Positions 19,528 to 30,100 of a DNA stretch of 64,000 bases are shown in pieces (the first letter of the stretch is position 1; each line of letters starts with the position of its first letter). The notes beneath the pieces were generated by a model. It ran no database searches. It was given only the letters and a program-made list of their open reading frames with translations, and had not been told where the DNA came from. The position numbers and the translations under genes are program-made. The DNA is taken from contig OZ254086.1 of the NCBI GenBank assembly GCA_965267575.1, forward strand, positions 1,760,001 to 1,824,000, read 5' to 3'. The DNA comes from Calditrichales bacterium (GTDB lineage: Bacteria > Calditrichota > Calditrichia > Calditrichales > J004).

Positions 19528-20289
19528 ATGGGATTTTGGGGTAAAGCGATCGGGGCGGGGCTGGGTTTGCTGGCCGGCGGACCCATTGGCGCCATTATAG
19601 GCGGCGTTATCGGGCATACCTTTGATGCAGATGGCGACAGACAGCGCGCTTCAGCGGGTTATCACGAGATTGACCTGGAGCGCGAATTCGACCGGCAGTA
19701 CTTGTTTTATGTGAGCCTGGCATCACTGGCCGCCAAAATGGCCAAAGCCGATGGCCGCGTCACCCAGGATGAAATTCGCGCTTTTGACCATTTTTTGCGC
19801 CACAACCTGGGCCTTACCATGGAAGAGCGCAAAATGGTGGCGCAAATATTTAACGAGGCCAAAAATTCGCCTGAAAGCGCCGAGGATATCGCTAGGCAAT
19901 TCAAGGCCCTGCTTGGTTTCCAGAGGGATGTGATGCGCATGATGCTGGAGCTGCTTTTTCACATCGCCCTGGCCGATGACCAATTGCACAGCGAGGAAGA
20001 GCGTTTCCTTGAGCAAATGGCGGCAATCCTGGGATTGGGCCCGCAGGAATATCAGCAGGTAAAAGCCCTGTTTGTGAAAGCGGATGACCGGGATTATAAA
20101 ATCCTGGGTGTATCGTCCAATGCAAGCGATGACGAGATCAAAAAAGCTTACCGCCGGCTGGTGCAGGAATATCATCCTGATAAATTGCAGGCCAAAGGTG
20201 TGCCTGAAGATTTTATGAAAGTTGCTCACGATAAGATGGCTGAAATCAATGCTGCTTATAATGCCATTAGAAAGCAAAGAGGAATTTAA
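19528..20289 (+). CDS. djlA: Co-chaperone DjlA (TerB-like plus J domain)
   Basis: N-terminal Gly-rich transmembrane segment, [11 protein letters not shown]-terminal J domain with HPD. Confidence 0.88.
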   Translation: MGFWGKAIGAGLGLLAGGPIGAIIGGVIGHTFDADGDRQRASAGYHEIDLEREFDRQYLFYVSLASLAAKMAKADGRVTQDEIRAFDHFLRHNLGLTMEERKMVAQIFNEAKNSPESAEDIARQFKALLGFQRDVMRMMLELLFHIALADDQLHSEEERFLEQMAAILGLGPQEYQQVKALFVKADDRDYKILGVSSNASDDEIKKAYRRLVQEYHPDKLQAKGVPEDFMKVAHDKMAEINAAYNAIRKQRGI

Positions 20290-20301
20290 GAGGATACAAT
20301 C

Positions 20302-20742
20302 ATGAATGTTAAACAACAAGATTACTACCAAAAGCTGCGTTTGCGTATAGCCAACTACCTGGATAAGCACCACTTTGAATATGCAGACATTCTGCTGATG
20401 GCCCCCGATATTTTTCACCTGCTCGTCAAACTGTCCATGGATGAGCGCGTGGCCGTTTCCAAAAAGGCCAAGCTGCTTTTTGCCATCGGCTATTTTTTCT
20501 CGCCGGTGGACTTGCTGCCGGAATTCCTGATCGGTCCGATCGGGTTTATGGATGACATCGCGCTGGCCGCCTACGTTTTGCACGATTTTGTAAATAACAA
20601 TGAAACGGAGGTGCTTTACGAGCACTGGGCCGGTCAAACCGATGTGCTGGCCTCTATTCAGAATATTTTGTCCCTGGCCAACCGTTTTCTTGGTGAAGGG
20701 CTCTGGGGCCGCATTAAAAAGAAAGTGACGGGCAGTAAGTAA
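20302..20742 (+). CDS. DUF1232 (YkvA) family membrane protein
   Basis: YFFSPVDLLPE...GFMDD motif. Confidence 0.88.
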   Translation: MNVKQQDYYQKLRLRIANYLDKHHFEYADILLMAPDIFHLLVKLSMDERVAVSKKAKLLFAIGYFFSPVDLLPEFLIGPIGFMDDIALAAYVLHDFVNNNETEVLYEHWAGQTDVLASIQNILSLANRFLGEGLWGRIKKKVTGSK

Positions 20743-20746
20743 CGCC

Positions 20747-21874
20747 ATGTGGATGGCGCGGCAGCTGCAAGAGCTGCATCAAAAATTCTCCACACCTGCA
20801 CTTTTAATTGCTGCCGGTCGGCTTGAAAAAAACATTTTTAGTATGCAACGCAGGGCGTCAGAGAGCGGCAAATATCTTCGCCCGCATATCAAAACGCACA
20901 AATGTCCTGAGATTGCCAAAAGGCAGATAGCGCAAAGCGCCGGCGGCATCACGGTGGCCAAAAGCAGTGAAGCGCAGGTCTTTGCCGCTGCCGGTTTTAC
21001 GGATATCTTTATCGCCAGCCAGGTGACACAACCCTTAAGAGTAGCTACATTGCGCGAGCTGGCCGCAAAAATACGGCTGCTGTGCGCCGTGGACCATCCC
21101 GATCAGTTGGCGCTTTATGAAAAAGTGGCACAGCCCGGCCAAAAACTGTCGTTGCGCGTTGAAATCGATTGCGGTTTTGGCCGTTGCGGTCTGCTGCCGG
21201 ACAATCCGCGTTTGCCTGAACTTGCCCGCGAGATCGACACATCCTCAAGCTTTGAACTGGAAGGTTTGTTCACGCATGGCGGGCAGGCCTACAGCGCCGG
21301 ATCAGCTGGGGAACGAGAAAGAGCGGCGCAAGCCGAAGCTGAAGCATTGCTGGAAGCGCGCAATCGTCTAAAGGCAATCGGCATTGAAGTTGCAACACTA
21401 AGCGTCGGATCAACACCGACGGCGGAGTTTGCATTTAAGCAGCAGGGCATAACGGAAGTGCGTCCGGGCAATTATGTTTTTTACGACGGCATCCAAAACG
21501 CCCTGGGTGTTTGTGAAAAGGAGCAGGTCAGCCTGTTCGTGCTGGCAACGGTGATGTCGCTGCCGGCGGCGGGACGAGTTGTCTGCGATGCCGGCAGCAA
21601 GGCGCTTTCCAGTGATCGCGGGGCACACGCCGCCCATATTTTGCCGGGTTTTGGACAACTGGCCTGCGGACGCGGCTACCTGGAACGGCTTTCCGAGGAG
21701 CACGGCATTATCCGCTGGGATGAAAAAGAGCCGCTGCCCAAAATCGGCGAACCGCTTCTGATCATACCTAATCACGCCTGTGTTGCATCCAACCTGTACG
21801 ATACATTTTACCTGATTGAGGAAGGGGGCAGTGTGCAAAGCTTGCCCATTGCCGCGAGGGGGAAAAGTCAATAA
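20747..21874 (+). CDS. Alanine-racemase-fold PLP enzyme (D-threonine aldolase/D-serine dehydratase family)
   Basis: TPALL, RPHIKTHK, GSTPT, RPGNYVFYD, SEEHG and PNHAC motifs. Confidence 0.88.
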   Translation: MWMARQLQELHQKFSTPALLIAAGRLEKNIFSMQRRASESGKYLRPHIKTHKCPEIAKRQIAQSAGGITVAKSSEAQVFAAAGFTDIFIASQVTQPLRVATLRELAAKIRLLCAVDHPDQLALYEKVAQPGQKLSLRVEIDCGFGRCGLLPDNPRLPELAREIDTSSSFELEGLFTHGGQAYSAGSAGERERAAQAEAEALLEARNRLKAIGIEVATLSVGSTPTAEFAFKQQGITEVRPGNYVFYDGIQNALGVCEKEQVSLFVLATVMSLPAAGRVVCDAGSKALSSDRGAHAAHILPGFGQLACGRGYLERLSEEHGIIRWDEKEPLPKIGEPLLIIPNHACVASNLYDTFYLIEEGGSVQSLPIAARGKSQ

Positions 21875-23730
21875 TGAAGCCGGTTTATAAACGCATTATT
21901 ATCGCGCTGCTGCTATTTGCGGTAGCCGTATTTTTGAGCGGCTATTTTCTGTACCAAACCTACCGCGACCTTGGCGACGACCTGGTCCGGCGCACGGCGC
22001 TGCTGATCGGTGATTCCGTGAACGAGATTTTGGGCAACGCCGCCGACAAAAGCATGGAAAGCCTGACCAACAGCGAAAAACGCAGCCTGCGCCGGCTGAT
22101 GCGCTCGCTGACTTCGGAAGAAGGCAACATCATCCACATTCTGCTTATCAGCGACAAAATGCGTATTCTGCTTAGCAGCGATCCCTCCGTGGAGGGCCGT
22201 GAATATACCTCTGCCGAGGAGCTGGCCAAACTGCAGGGCGATGAGCCGCGGGTCACGCCGATTACCTGGGATGAACGCATCCGCGTGGTTGATGTGATCC
22301 TGCCATTGAAAAACAGCGAAGGCTACGTTTACAGCTATCTGCGGCTTGTCCTTTCCCAGGAGCAGCTGCAAAATTTTTATGGCGACCTCTCCGTCATCTT
22401 TATCCCGCTGGTTTTGGTTTTCGCTTTGCTGATCGGTTTTACGGTATTTTTTATTTCGCGGGCTTACACCAAGCCGCTGGAGTCAATTGAAGAAATGGCT
22501 GCCAACATCAATGCCGGGGATTTCTCCTATCGTATAAATTACGAGCGCAAGGATGAATTTACCGACACATTCTCGCGTATCGATAAGTCGCTTGAGAAAA
22601 TGAGCGTGCTCAAGGAGGGCTATAAAAAGGCGGAAAAACGCATGAATGTGCTGATGCAGGCCATCGAGGAAAGCATCATCATGTTTGACGCGGAGGGCCG
22701 CATAACGAGCTATAACGAATCGGCAGTGGAGCTTTTCCGTTGCCCCGTTGAGATGCTGTTTGAAAGCCATTTCAAGCAGATTGAGAATATGAACCGCGAG
22801 TTGAAAAGCCTGCTGGAACAGGCCCGTAAAAACGGTCGCGACGTTAACGCCCACGAAATGACATTGTGGCTGCCGGGTGGCCTGGATGTATTGGCGCGCG
22901 TTTCCACGCATGTCTTTCGTGAAGACGGTGAAATCAGCGCAATCCTGCTTTCCATAAAAGACCAGAAACTGCTGAACGAACTGCAGCGCAATCTGCAGCG
23001 CTCGATGAAATTTGGCGTGATCGCCAATCTGGCATCATCCATCAGTCACGAAATCAAGAACCCGCTTTCATCGATGGCCATTCATGCCGAGATACTGAAT
23101 GTGCGTTTGCAGGACATGCAGCTTGAAAATAAGGAAAGCATTCAAAAATCCCTTGATGTGCTGCAAAATGAGGTGAAAAGGCTTAACCGCATTATCAACC
23201 AGTTTTTCAATCTGGCGCGCAGCAAAAAAGCCGATCTTATCCCGATTAGCATCAATGCCGTTATACGCGATGTGGTGACCCTGGTGCAGCAACAGGCCAT
23301 CGAACGCAACATCCGCGTTGAAAGCATTCTGGATGACAATATTGACAAAGTCTATGGCGACGCTGACCAGCTAAAGCAGGTTTTCCTGAATATTATTCTC
23401 AACGGGTTCCAGGCCATAGAGCATGACGGGCGCGTGGCGGTGCGTACGGGCAGCCGCGGCGGCCGCGTACATATCGAAATTGAAGATGACGGTAGCGGTA
23501 TGACGCCCGATGTACAGCAGCGTATTTTTGAGCTTTATTTTACCACCAAGCACGACGGCGGCGGCATTGGTATGGCCGTTTGCAAAAACATCATCGAGGC
23601 GCATGACGGAACGATTAACTTTAACAGTGCCCCGCAGCAGGGTACCACTTTTGTGATCGAGCTTCCCAACCAGGACCAGACGCGCAGCGTGATGCAGCTT
23701 AAATCGGGCCAGAGTACGGCAACGGTTTAA
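21874..23730 (+). CDS. Membrane sensor histidine kinase (HAMP, PAS, HisKA, HATPase)
   Basis: Two transmembrane helices; SHEIKNPL, NIILNG, DDGSG, FTTK and GIGM boxes. Confidence 0.92.
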   Translation: MKPVYKRIIIALLLFAVAVFLSGYFLYQTYRDLGDDLVRRTALLIGDSVNEILGNAADKSMESLTNSEKRSLRRLMRSLTSEEGNIIHILLISDKMRILLSSDPSVEGREYTSAEELAKLQGDEPRVTPITWDERIRVVDVILPLKNSEGYVYSYLRLVLSQEQLQNFYGDLSVIFIPLVLVFALLIGFTVFFISRAYTKPLESIEEMAANINAGDFSYRINYERKDEFTDTFSRIDKSLEKMSVLKEGYKKAEKRMNVLMQAIEESIIMFDAEGRITSYNESAVELFRCPVEMLFESHFKQIENMNRELKSLLEQARKNGRDVNAHEMTLWLPGGLDVLARVSTHVFREDGEISAILLSIKDQKLLNELQRNLQRSMKFGVIANLASSISHEIKNPLSSMAIHAEILNVRLQDMQLENKESIQKSLDVLQNEVKRLNRIINQFFNLARSKKADLIPISINAVIRDVVTLVQQQAIERNIRVESILDDNIDKVYGDADQLKQVFLNIILNGFQAIEHDGRVAVRTGSRGGRVHIEIEDDGSGMTPDVQQRIFELYFTTKHDGGGIGMAVCKNIIEAHDGTINFNSAPQQGTTFVIELPNQDQTRSVMQLKSGQSTATV

Positions 23731-23772
23731 GAATATTCTTGATTTTAAATGGCGCGGACGCGAATTTTATCC

Positions 23773-26700
23773 ATGCCACAACTTCATATCATCAGCGGAC
23801 CTTCGCACGGTTATTACCATTTTGAGGCGGATATAAAAAAACGGCTGCAGCAGGGCCGGCAGGACTGGCTTGCTTTTCTGCCTGTTAACCGTGCCGTTCG
23901 CCTTTTGCAGCGCCGCCTGATAGACGCTGCTCCCGCCCATGTTCTGGCGGACCCCCCACTGTTTACATTCGATTCTTTTTTGCTGCGCATCTACCGTTCT
24001 TTGCCGCAGGCCCGCACGATTATCGCCCGTGAGCACCTGCACTTTCTGGTTGGTGAGATATTGCGCCGCCATGCCGCGGAGCTGAATTATCTGCCGGCTT
24101 CATCCAATCCGTCACGCAACCTGGTTTACCGGCTCAGCGAGATGGTCGGCGAGCTGCGACGCTTTGGTTACAGCGCCGAAAGCCTTTCCCGCGAAAACGC
24201 TGAAGAAATCGGTGTTGAACAGAACAAGCTGGCGGATTTCATTTTCGTTTTGCGGGCTATGGAAGATATTTTGGGCGATCGTTACATCGACGCCGACAGC
24301 GCTTTATATGAGGCAGCACGCGGGTTGCAGCGCGAACAGATTGAAAATCACTTTCCGGGGCTGACCACTGTGTATATCGCCGGCTACGGCTTATTTACAC
24401 CGGCCATGATCCAATCGATCGAAAAGCTGCACAATTGGTATGACATTCAGTTAAAGCTCGATTGCCTGGAAGAAAACAGCGAGTTGTTCAGCCACACGCT
24501 GCCCGCGCTTGAACGGTTCAGGATTATGGGTGCCGCAGAGACCAGGCAATCGCCAGGCGCACTTGCCCGCAAACTGTTTAACCGTAAACGCAAAAGCGAA
24601 CCCTTTGAAGCCTCTTCGAAATTTTTCCTGATGCCCGCGGAAAACCGCCGCGGTGAGGTGCAGCGCATGGCCCGCCTGGTCCGCCGCCTGCACGAAGATG
24701 GCCGGCCGCTGAAAGAGATCGCGCTGACCTTCAGCAACCTGGAAGTCTACGTGCCGCATATCCGCCGCATTTTTGAGGATTACGGTATTCCCTACAATCT
24801 TTCCACGGGCTACGCGCTGTCGCAATCGCCGCTCATCGGGCTGTTTATGCGCCTGCTGGATGCCGTCCGTGAAGACCTGGAATACGGCCGCGTGATGCAG
24901 TTGTATCAATCGCCTTTTTTAAAAAGGAACAAGCCGCTGGCCGACGACCTGCTGTTCCGCGAGATCATCACCCGGCGCGTGCGCCATTTGCGTGCCGGCT
25001 GGACAGGGCAATTGCTAAAGGCACACATAACCGCGGAAGGTGAAAACAGCAACAAACTACCGGCTTTGCAACGGTCGGCGGAGCAGCTTGAACAATTTAT
25101 GCAGCCGCTTTATGCATTTGGGCGTCACAGCCGCAACGCCGATTCTTTCCGTGAAGATTTTTTACGGCTGTTGCGTGAAGCGGGCGCGCTGGAATGGTAC
25201 AAAGCCGAAGCGCCGGGCCTAAATGAACGCGAGCAGGAACGCGAATTTCGCGCCTACAACCGTTTTATGAAACTGCTGGATCAGTTCTTCTGGTCGATGC
25301 GCCTGCTGCATGGTGAGACCAAACTGGACGTAGCCGACTGGATCAATCACCTGCAGGCGGCCGTGGCGCGGGCCACCTATAACCTCACCGAATGGCCGCA
25401 GGATGCCGTGCAGATCATGCCACGGCTGGAGATTCTGGCCGTTGAGCACAGCGTGCTGATCATCGGCGGGCTGGTGGATGGTGACTTCCCGCGAGGCTCC
25501 GCCGCCGACCTTTTCTTTGACGACCGCGCCCGTGCGCAACTGGGTTTGCTGGCCAGCGAAGAGCTGCTGGAGCAAGACCGCTTTATGTTTTACAGCCTGC
25601 TGGATGGCGGCGCTCAACAGGTCTATCTCTCTTTTCCTGCCTATGAGGGCGAAAAAGCCCTGGTGCCCAGCACCTTTCTGGATGATCTGCGCGAATGCTG
25701 CACGATCAGCGAAGTTGCCGGGGAAGATGAGCAGCCGGCACGCAGCTTCCTTGAATTGCAGGTGGAGTTCGGCGAGGCTGTTCTGAACCATAACGGGCAA
25801 AAGGCGGCGAAGGCTTTGGCAATGATGGCCGGCAGTCCGGCATTTGCCCAAAACATTCCCGATCTGCTGCGGCGCATGCGTGCCGGGCAACAGCGCCTTG
25901 CCTATGGCGCGGAAGCCGGTGTTTACGAAGGCGTTCTGTCCGCTTATGAAAGCATAAAACAAAATCTGGCGCAGAGTTTTGCGGAAAAGGCCTGGAGCAT
26001 CACCCGCCTGGAAGAGTATGCTTTTTGCCCGATGCAGTTTTTTATAAAGCGCGTGTTGCGATTGAAGGAGTGGCCGGAATTCGAAGAAGAGGTTAGCCCG
26101 ATGGAACGCGGCAACGTGGTGCACCGCATCCTGTTTCGTTTTTACAGTAAACTGCGCGACAGCGGTCGTGCCTCTAATCCCGCAGCGGGGCTGAAGGAGT
26201 TGGAAGCCATCGCCCGCGAGGAGCTGAAAAAGTTGCCCTTTGAGGGCTTTTTCTGGGAGCTGGAGAAGAGTCGCTTTTTCGGTTACGACAATACGCCCGG
26301 GCTTTTGCAAACGCTGGTTAAGCTCGATAGTGAAGAAATCGACAAAACCGGTTACGTGCCGTCGTACTTTGAGTTCTGTTTCGGTCACCGCTACGACGAC
26401 GAGGTTGACCCCGCTTCGGTAGATCAGGACCTGGAACTGAGCGACGGGACGACGACGCTGAAGGTGAACGGTAAAGTGGATCGCATCGATATAAACGACA
26501 GCAAAAACCAAGCGTTGATTTTTGACTATAAGACCGGCAACATCAGCGGGAAGACGGCCAAAACGATTGCCGCCGGGCTAAGCTTTCAGCTTCCTTTGTA
26601 CGCGCTGGCCGTGGAGCAGCTTCTGGGGCAGGATGTGCGCGTTGTTTACGGGGGCTATTTCCAGGTTAAGGACAACGATAATTGCAAAAGAAAAGAAGCA

Positions 26701-26991
26701 ATCGTTGACAAGAATAGTTTTAGTGGCGTTTCGGGACAGGCTGCTTTGCCTAACAGCCAGGTGAAAATCGCTGGAAATGCGGTCTCTTTTGACGAGCTGG
26801 TGGAGTTTTCCAAACAGCAGGCTTTGCTGGCCAGGGCCAATATGGAGCAGGGCATTTTCCGCCACACGCAATTCCCTGAAAAAAACGAGTGCAGCTCCTA
26901 CTGTGACTTCCGCCGGATGTGCCAGAAAAACGTCAGCAAGCTGCTTTACCAGCGCAAAGCCCAAAGCGAGGAAGAGGAAGAAGAAAATTAG
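23773..26991 (+). CDS. addB: AddB-like helicase/nuclease subunit
   Basis: C-terminal PD-(D/E)xK nuclease (GKVDRID, DYKTG); Fe-S cysteines FCP...CSSYCDFRRMC; precedes addA. Alternative start at 23749. Confidence 0.8.
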   Translation: MPQLHIISGPSHGYYHFEADIKKRLQQGRQDWLAFLPVNRAVRLLQRRLIDAAPAHVLADPPLFTFDSFLLRIYRSLPQARTIIAREHLHFLVGEILRRHAAELNYLPASSNPSRNLVYRLSEMVGELRRFGYSAESLSRENAEEIGVEQNKLADFIFVLRAMEDILGDRYIDADSALYEAARGLQREQIENHFPGLTTVYIAGYGLFTPAMIQSIEKLHNWYDIQLKLDCLEENSELFSHTLPALERFRIMGAAETRQSPGALARKLFNRKRKSEPFEASSKFFLMPAENRRGEVQRMARLVRRLHEDGRPLKEIALTFSNLEVYVPHIRRIFEDYGIPYNLSTGYALSQSPLIGLFMRLLDAVREDLEYGRVMQLYQSPFLKRNKPLADDLLFREIITRRVRHLRAGWTGQLLKAHITAEGENSNKLPALQRSAEQLEQFMQPLYAFGRHSRNADSFREDFLRLLREAGALEWYKAEAPGLNEREQEREFRAYNRFMKLLDQFFWSMRLLHGETKLDVADWINHLQAAVARATYNLTEWPQDAVQIMPRLEILAVEHSVLIIGGLVDGDFPRGSAADLFFDDRARAQLGLLASEELLEQDRFMFYSLLDGGAQQVYLSFPAYEGEKALVPSTFLDDLRECCTISEVAGEDEQPARSFLELQVEFGEAVLNHNGQKAAKALAMMAGSPAFAQNIPDLLRRMRAGQQRLAYGAEAGVYEGVLSAYESIKQNLAQSFAEKAWSITRLEEYAFCPMQFFIKRVLRLKEWPEFEEEVSPMERGNVVHRILFRFYSKLRDSGRASNPAAGLKELEAIAREELKKLPFEGFFWELEKSRFFGYDNTPGLLQTLVKLDSEEIDKTGYVPSYFEFCFGHRYDDEVDPASVDQDLELSDGTTTLKVNGKVDRIDINDSKNQALIFDYKTGNISGKTAKTIAAGLSFQLPLYALAVEQLLGQDVRVVYGGYFQVKDNDNCKRKEAIVDKNSFSGVSGQAALPNSQVKIAGNAVSFDELVEFSKQQALLARANMEQGIFRHTQFPEKNECSSYCDFRRMCQKNVSKLLYQRKAQSEEEEEEN

Positions 26992-27165
26992 AAATTGAGA
27001 ATTTGGGAATTGGGAATGTTGTCTTCGGGTATGGCGGCCGGTCAACTCATTCTGTCATCCCGGTTTGGCGTATAGCCAACACCGGGATCCGCAAACGAAA
27101 GCAGGATAAACATCAAAAAGAAAATTACAAACAACAAAGAAATTCCAACCCACATTTCTAAATAG
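26985..27165. repeat. Heptamer arms enclosing a GTCAT-type REP palindrome (27053-27090)
   Basis: AAATTAG AAATTGA GAATTTGG GAATTGG; TGTCATCCCGGTTTGGCGTATAGCCAACACCGGGATCC; an A/C-rich counter-arm. Confidence 0.6.
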
Positions 27166-27189
27166 CGGGAATGTCTGAGTGAGTAATAC

Positions 27190-30100
27190 ATGCAATTAAC
27201 CCCCAGCCAGCAGCAAGCACTGGCGCTGGATAAAAATATCTCGGTTACCGCTGGCGCCGGTTCCGGCAAAACACGCATCCTGGTGGAGCGTTTTTTGAAG
27301 ATTGTTTTGCAGGACCCGCAACTGACGCGTCGCGTGGCAGCCATAACCTTTACCGAAAAAGCTGCCGGCGAAATGCAGGAACGCGTCGCCCTGGAAGTAA
27401 ACAATCGCCTGAAAAACGATAGCATCACCGCCGCAGAGCGCCAGAAACTGCAAATCATCCGTGACCAGCTTAAGTCGGCCTATATCTCTACCATCCACGG
27501 ATTTTGCAAGCGCCTGCTATCCGAATTCCCGTTGGAAGCGGGCATCGTTCCCGACTTTGGCGTGCTCGACCCCATCCGCCAGCAAATCCTGATTCAAACG
27601 GCCATCAACAATGTCTTTCGTGATCTGGACGAGAGCGAACCCGGCGATGAGCTGTTCCGTCTTTTCCTGTCGCTGCCGCGCATGCGTATCCGCGCCATGC
27701 TGCAAAAAGGACTGGAGCAGCCCTGGGAAATGCGTCAAATAGGGGAGCGCTTTGAGGCCTGGGGCGAAGAAGGCTTTATGGCCTTTCTGCAAAATGAGTG
27801 GGGCGACTGGTTTGCCGGTGTAGCCGGAAAAGATGATCTGCAGGAAGCTGCACGGCGCGTTGAGGCCATTTTGAGAGGTGACAGGCAGGCAAACAAAAGG
27901 GACAAAGGAGACCTGGCGCTCGCGGCCCTTGAGAACTTTGCCCGCCATGCCCAAAGCCTAAGCAGCAATGAGACCCTAAAAGATTTTATTGCGCTGTGTG
28001 ATGTATTTACCACGGGTCAGCAAACGCCATACAAAAACTTATCTCAGCTTGGTACAAACAGCAGCTGGTCCTCCAACGTTCACAACGATATCAAGGAACT
28101 CAGCGCTTTTCTGGCGCCCTTTGCCGAACGGCTGAACAATGAAAAAATGGGCGATCCGCCGGGAGAAGACGATCGCAGCTTTTACCGCCTTTTTACGATT
28201 TACCTGCGCCTGCAGCAGATGTGCGATGAGGCCTATGCCGGGCTTAAAAAAGATATGGCCGTGCTCGATTTTGAAGACTTGCAAATCAAGGCCAATGAGC
28301 TGCTGGAAAAGAATGAAGCTGTGCGCGCGGTTTTTGAGGATCGTTTTCGCTACATCATGGTCGATGAATTTCAGGACACAAACCAGTTGCAGTGGCAGAT
28401 TGTGCAATGGCTGGCCGGCGGGCAAAACGCCTTTGCCGCGGATAAGGTCTTTATCGTCGGTGATCCCAAGCAATCCATTTACGGTTTCCGCAACGCCGAT
28501 GTGCGCGTGTTTCGCGATGTGCGCGACTTTTTTGCGCAGCAGGCCGGCCTTCTGGTGGGCTACGAGGGCGATATCATTTTTGCCGAAAGCTTCCGCTTTG
28601 TTCCGCGGCTCAATGCCTTCATTAATTTCCTGTTTAAACGCGTTTTGCAGCAAGACCGTGATAACAGTTATGCCGTTGCCTATGAGGCGTTGAAGGCCAG
28701 CCGGGCTGTGGATGCCACGGATGAAGCGGAACTGGCCGTCTTCAGTGAAAGCAACCCGGAATATAATGAAGCCGACTATATCGCCACGCGCATCGCAGCC
28801 CTGTTTGCGAACGGCGAACAGGTAAACGACCCGCGCAATGCTGAAAATCCGCGCCCCTTACGCTACGGCGATGTGGCCATTTTGCTGCGCGATCGCAGCC
28901 ATCTGGGCCAAGTGGAGCAGGCCTTGCGGCGCCGCGAGATCCCCTTCAAAACCGTTGGCGGTATCGGGTTCTGGCAGCGCCAGGAGATTTACGACTTTTA
29001 TCATATCCTGCGTTTTCTGGCCAACCCGGCGGATGATCTGGCGCTGGTGGCTCTGCTGCGTTCGCGGCTTTTTCTCATTCCCGATAATGCCGTGTATGGC
29101 CTGGCCGGAGAGAAGGGTTTTGGCTATTGGGAAAAGTTGCAGAATGTGGCGCAAAGCGATCGTTACGCTGCCGAAGATAAAGCGCTGCTGACTACAGCGG
29201 CCGCAAAGATTGGCATGTGGCTGGAGTTGCGCGAACGGCTGAGCCTGGCCGATATGCTTGCGCGGATATTGGAGGAGACGGCGCTGAATGCCCTGCTGCA
29301 TGCCGAGTTCAGCGGTGACCAGCGCGCGGCCAACCTGCAAAAGGTGATTGAACTGGCTGATGCCCTGGAGCAAAGCGGGCCGGGTGGATTACGCGCACTG
29401 CTGGACACGATTGATAACCTGATAAACCGCGAGGTATCCGAGGCCGAGGCTTTCCTGGCGCTGGACGACCTTTACAGCGTCAAGATCATGACCATCCACA
29501 CATCTAAGGGATTGCAGTTCCCGGTGGTTTTTGTGCCATACCTTAATCGCAGCCGGATGGGCGGCAACGCCGATATTCTGCTCGATGCCGATCTGGGCAT
29601 GGCCTTCAGCCTCCGCAATATTGACAATGACTATCACAAAGACAGTCGCAGCGAGGGCGTTTTCTACCGCCTCGTCAAGCGGCGCCAGCAGCAAAAAGAC
29701 GAAGCCGAGGCGCGACGCGTGTTTTATGTGGGGCTCACCCGCGCCAGCGATCGTTTATTTCTTTCCGCGACCATAAAAGATAAACCCAAAGAAGGCAGTG
29801 CTTTTGACTGGCTGGCTGCCGCCGCGGGTCAGATCGGTTTTGAACCCGGCGAAACAGGCGTTTTCCAAGGCGGTGATTTTACCCTGCGCGTGGTCGATTC
29901 CTATGATAACGGGACGCGGGAAGAGCAGGAAATAAGCAGCTTTAGCGCCATGATGAAACAGCTGGAAAAAGTGTCTCAAGCGGATGTTGCTCAGGATGAC
30001 TTGTTAAAACCCATTCCCGCTGAAGTACATGGCCGCACGTTTTCCGCCACCGCGCTGATGACCTTTGCCAAAGACCCGGACGAATATTACCGGCGCTATC

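Noticed and set aside
19723..20748. 341-aa antisense ORF across djlA and the DUF1232 gene
   Set aside because: Antisense to two clear genes; no motifs.
25219..26511. 430-aa antisense ORF inside addB
   Set aside because: Shadow of a well-supported gene; no domain features.
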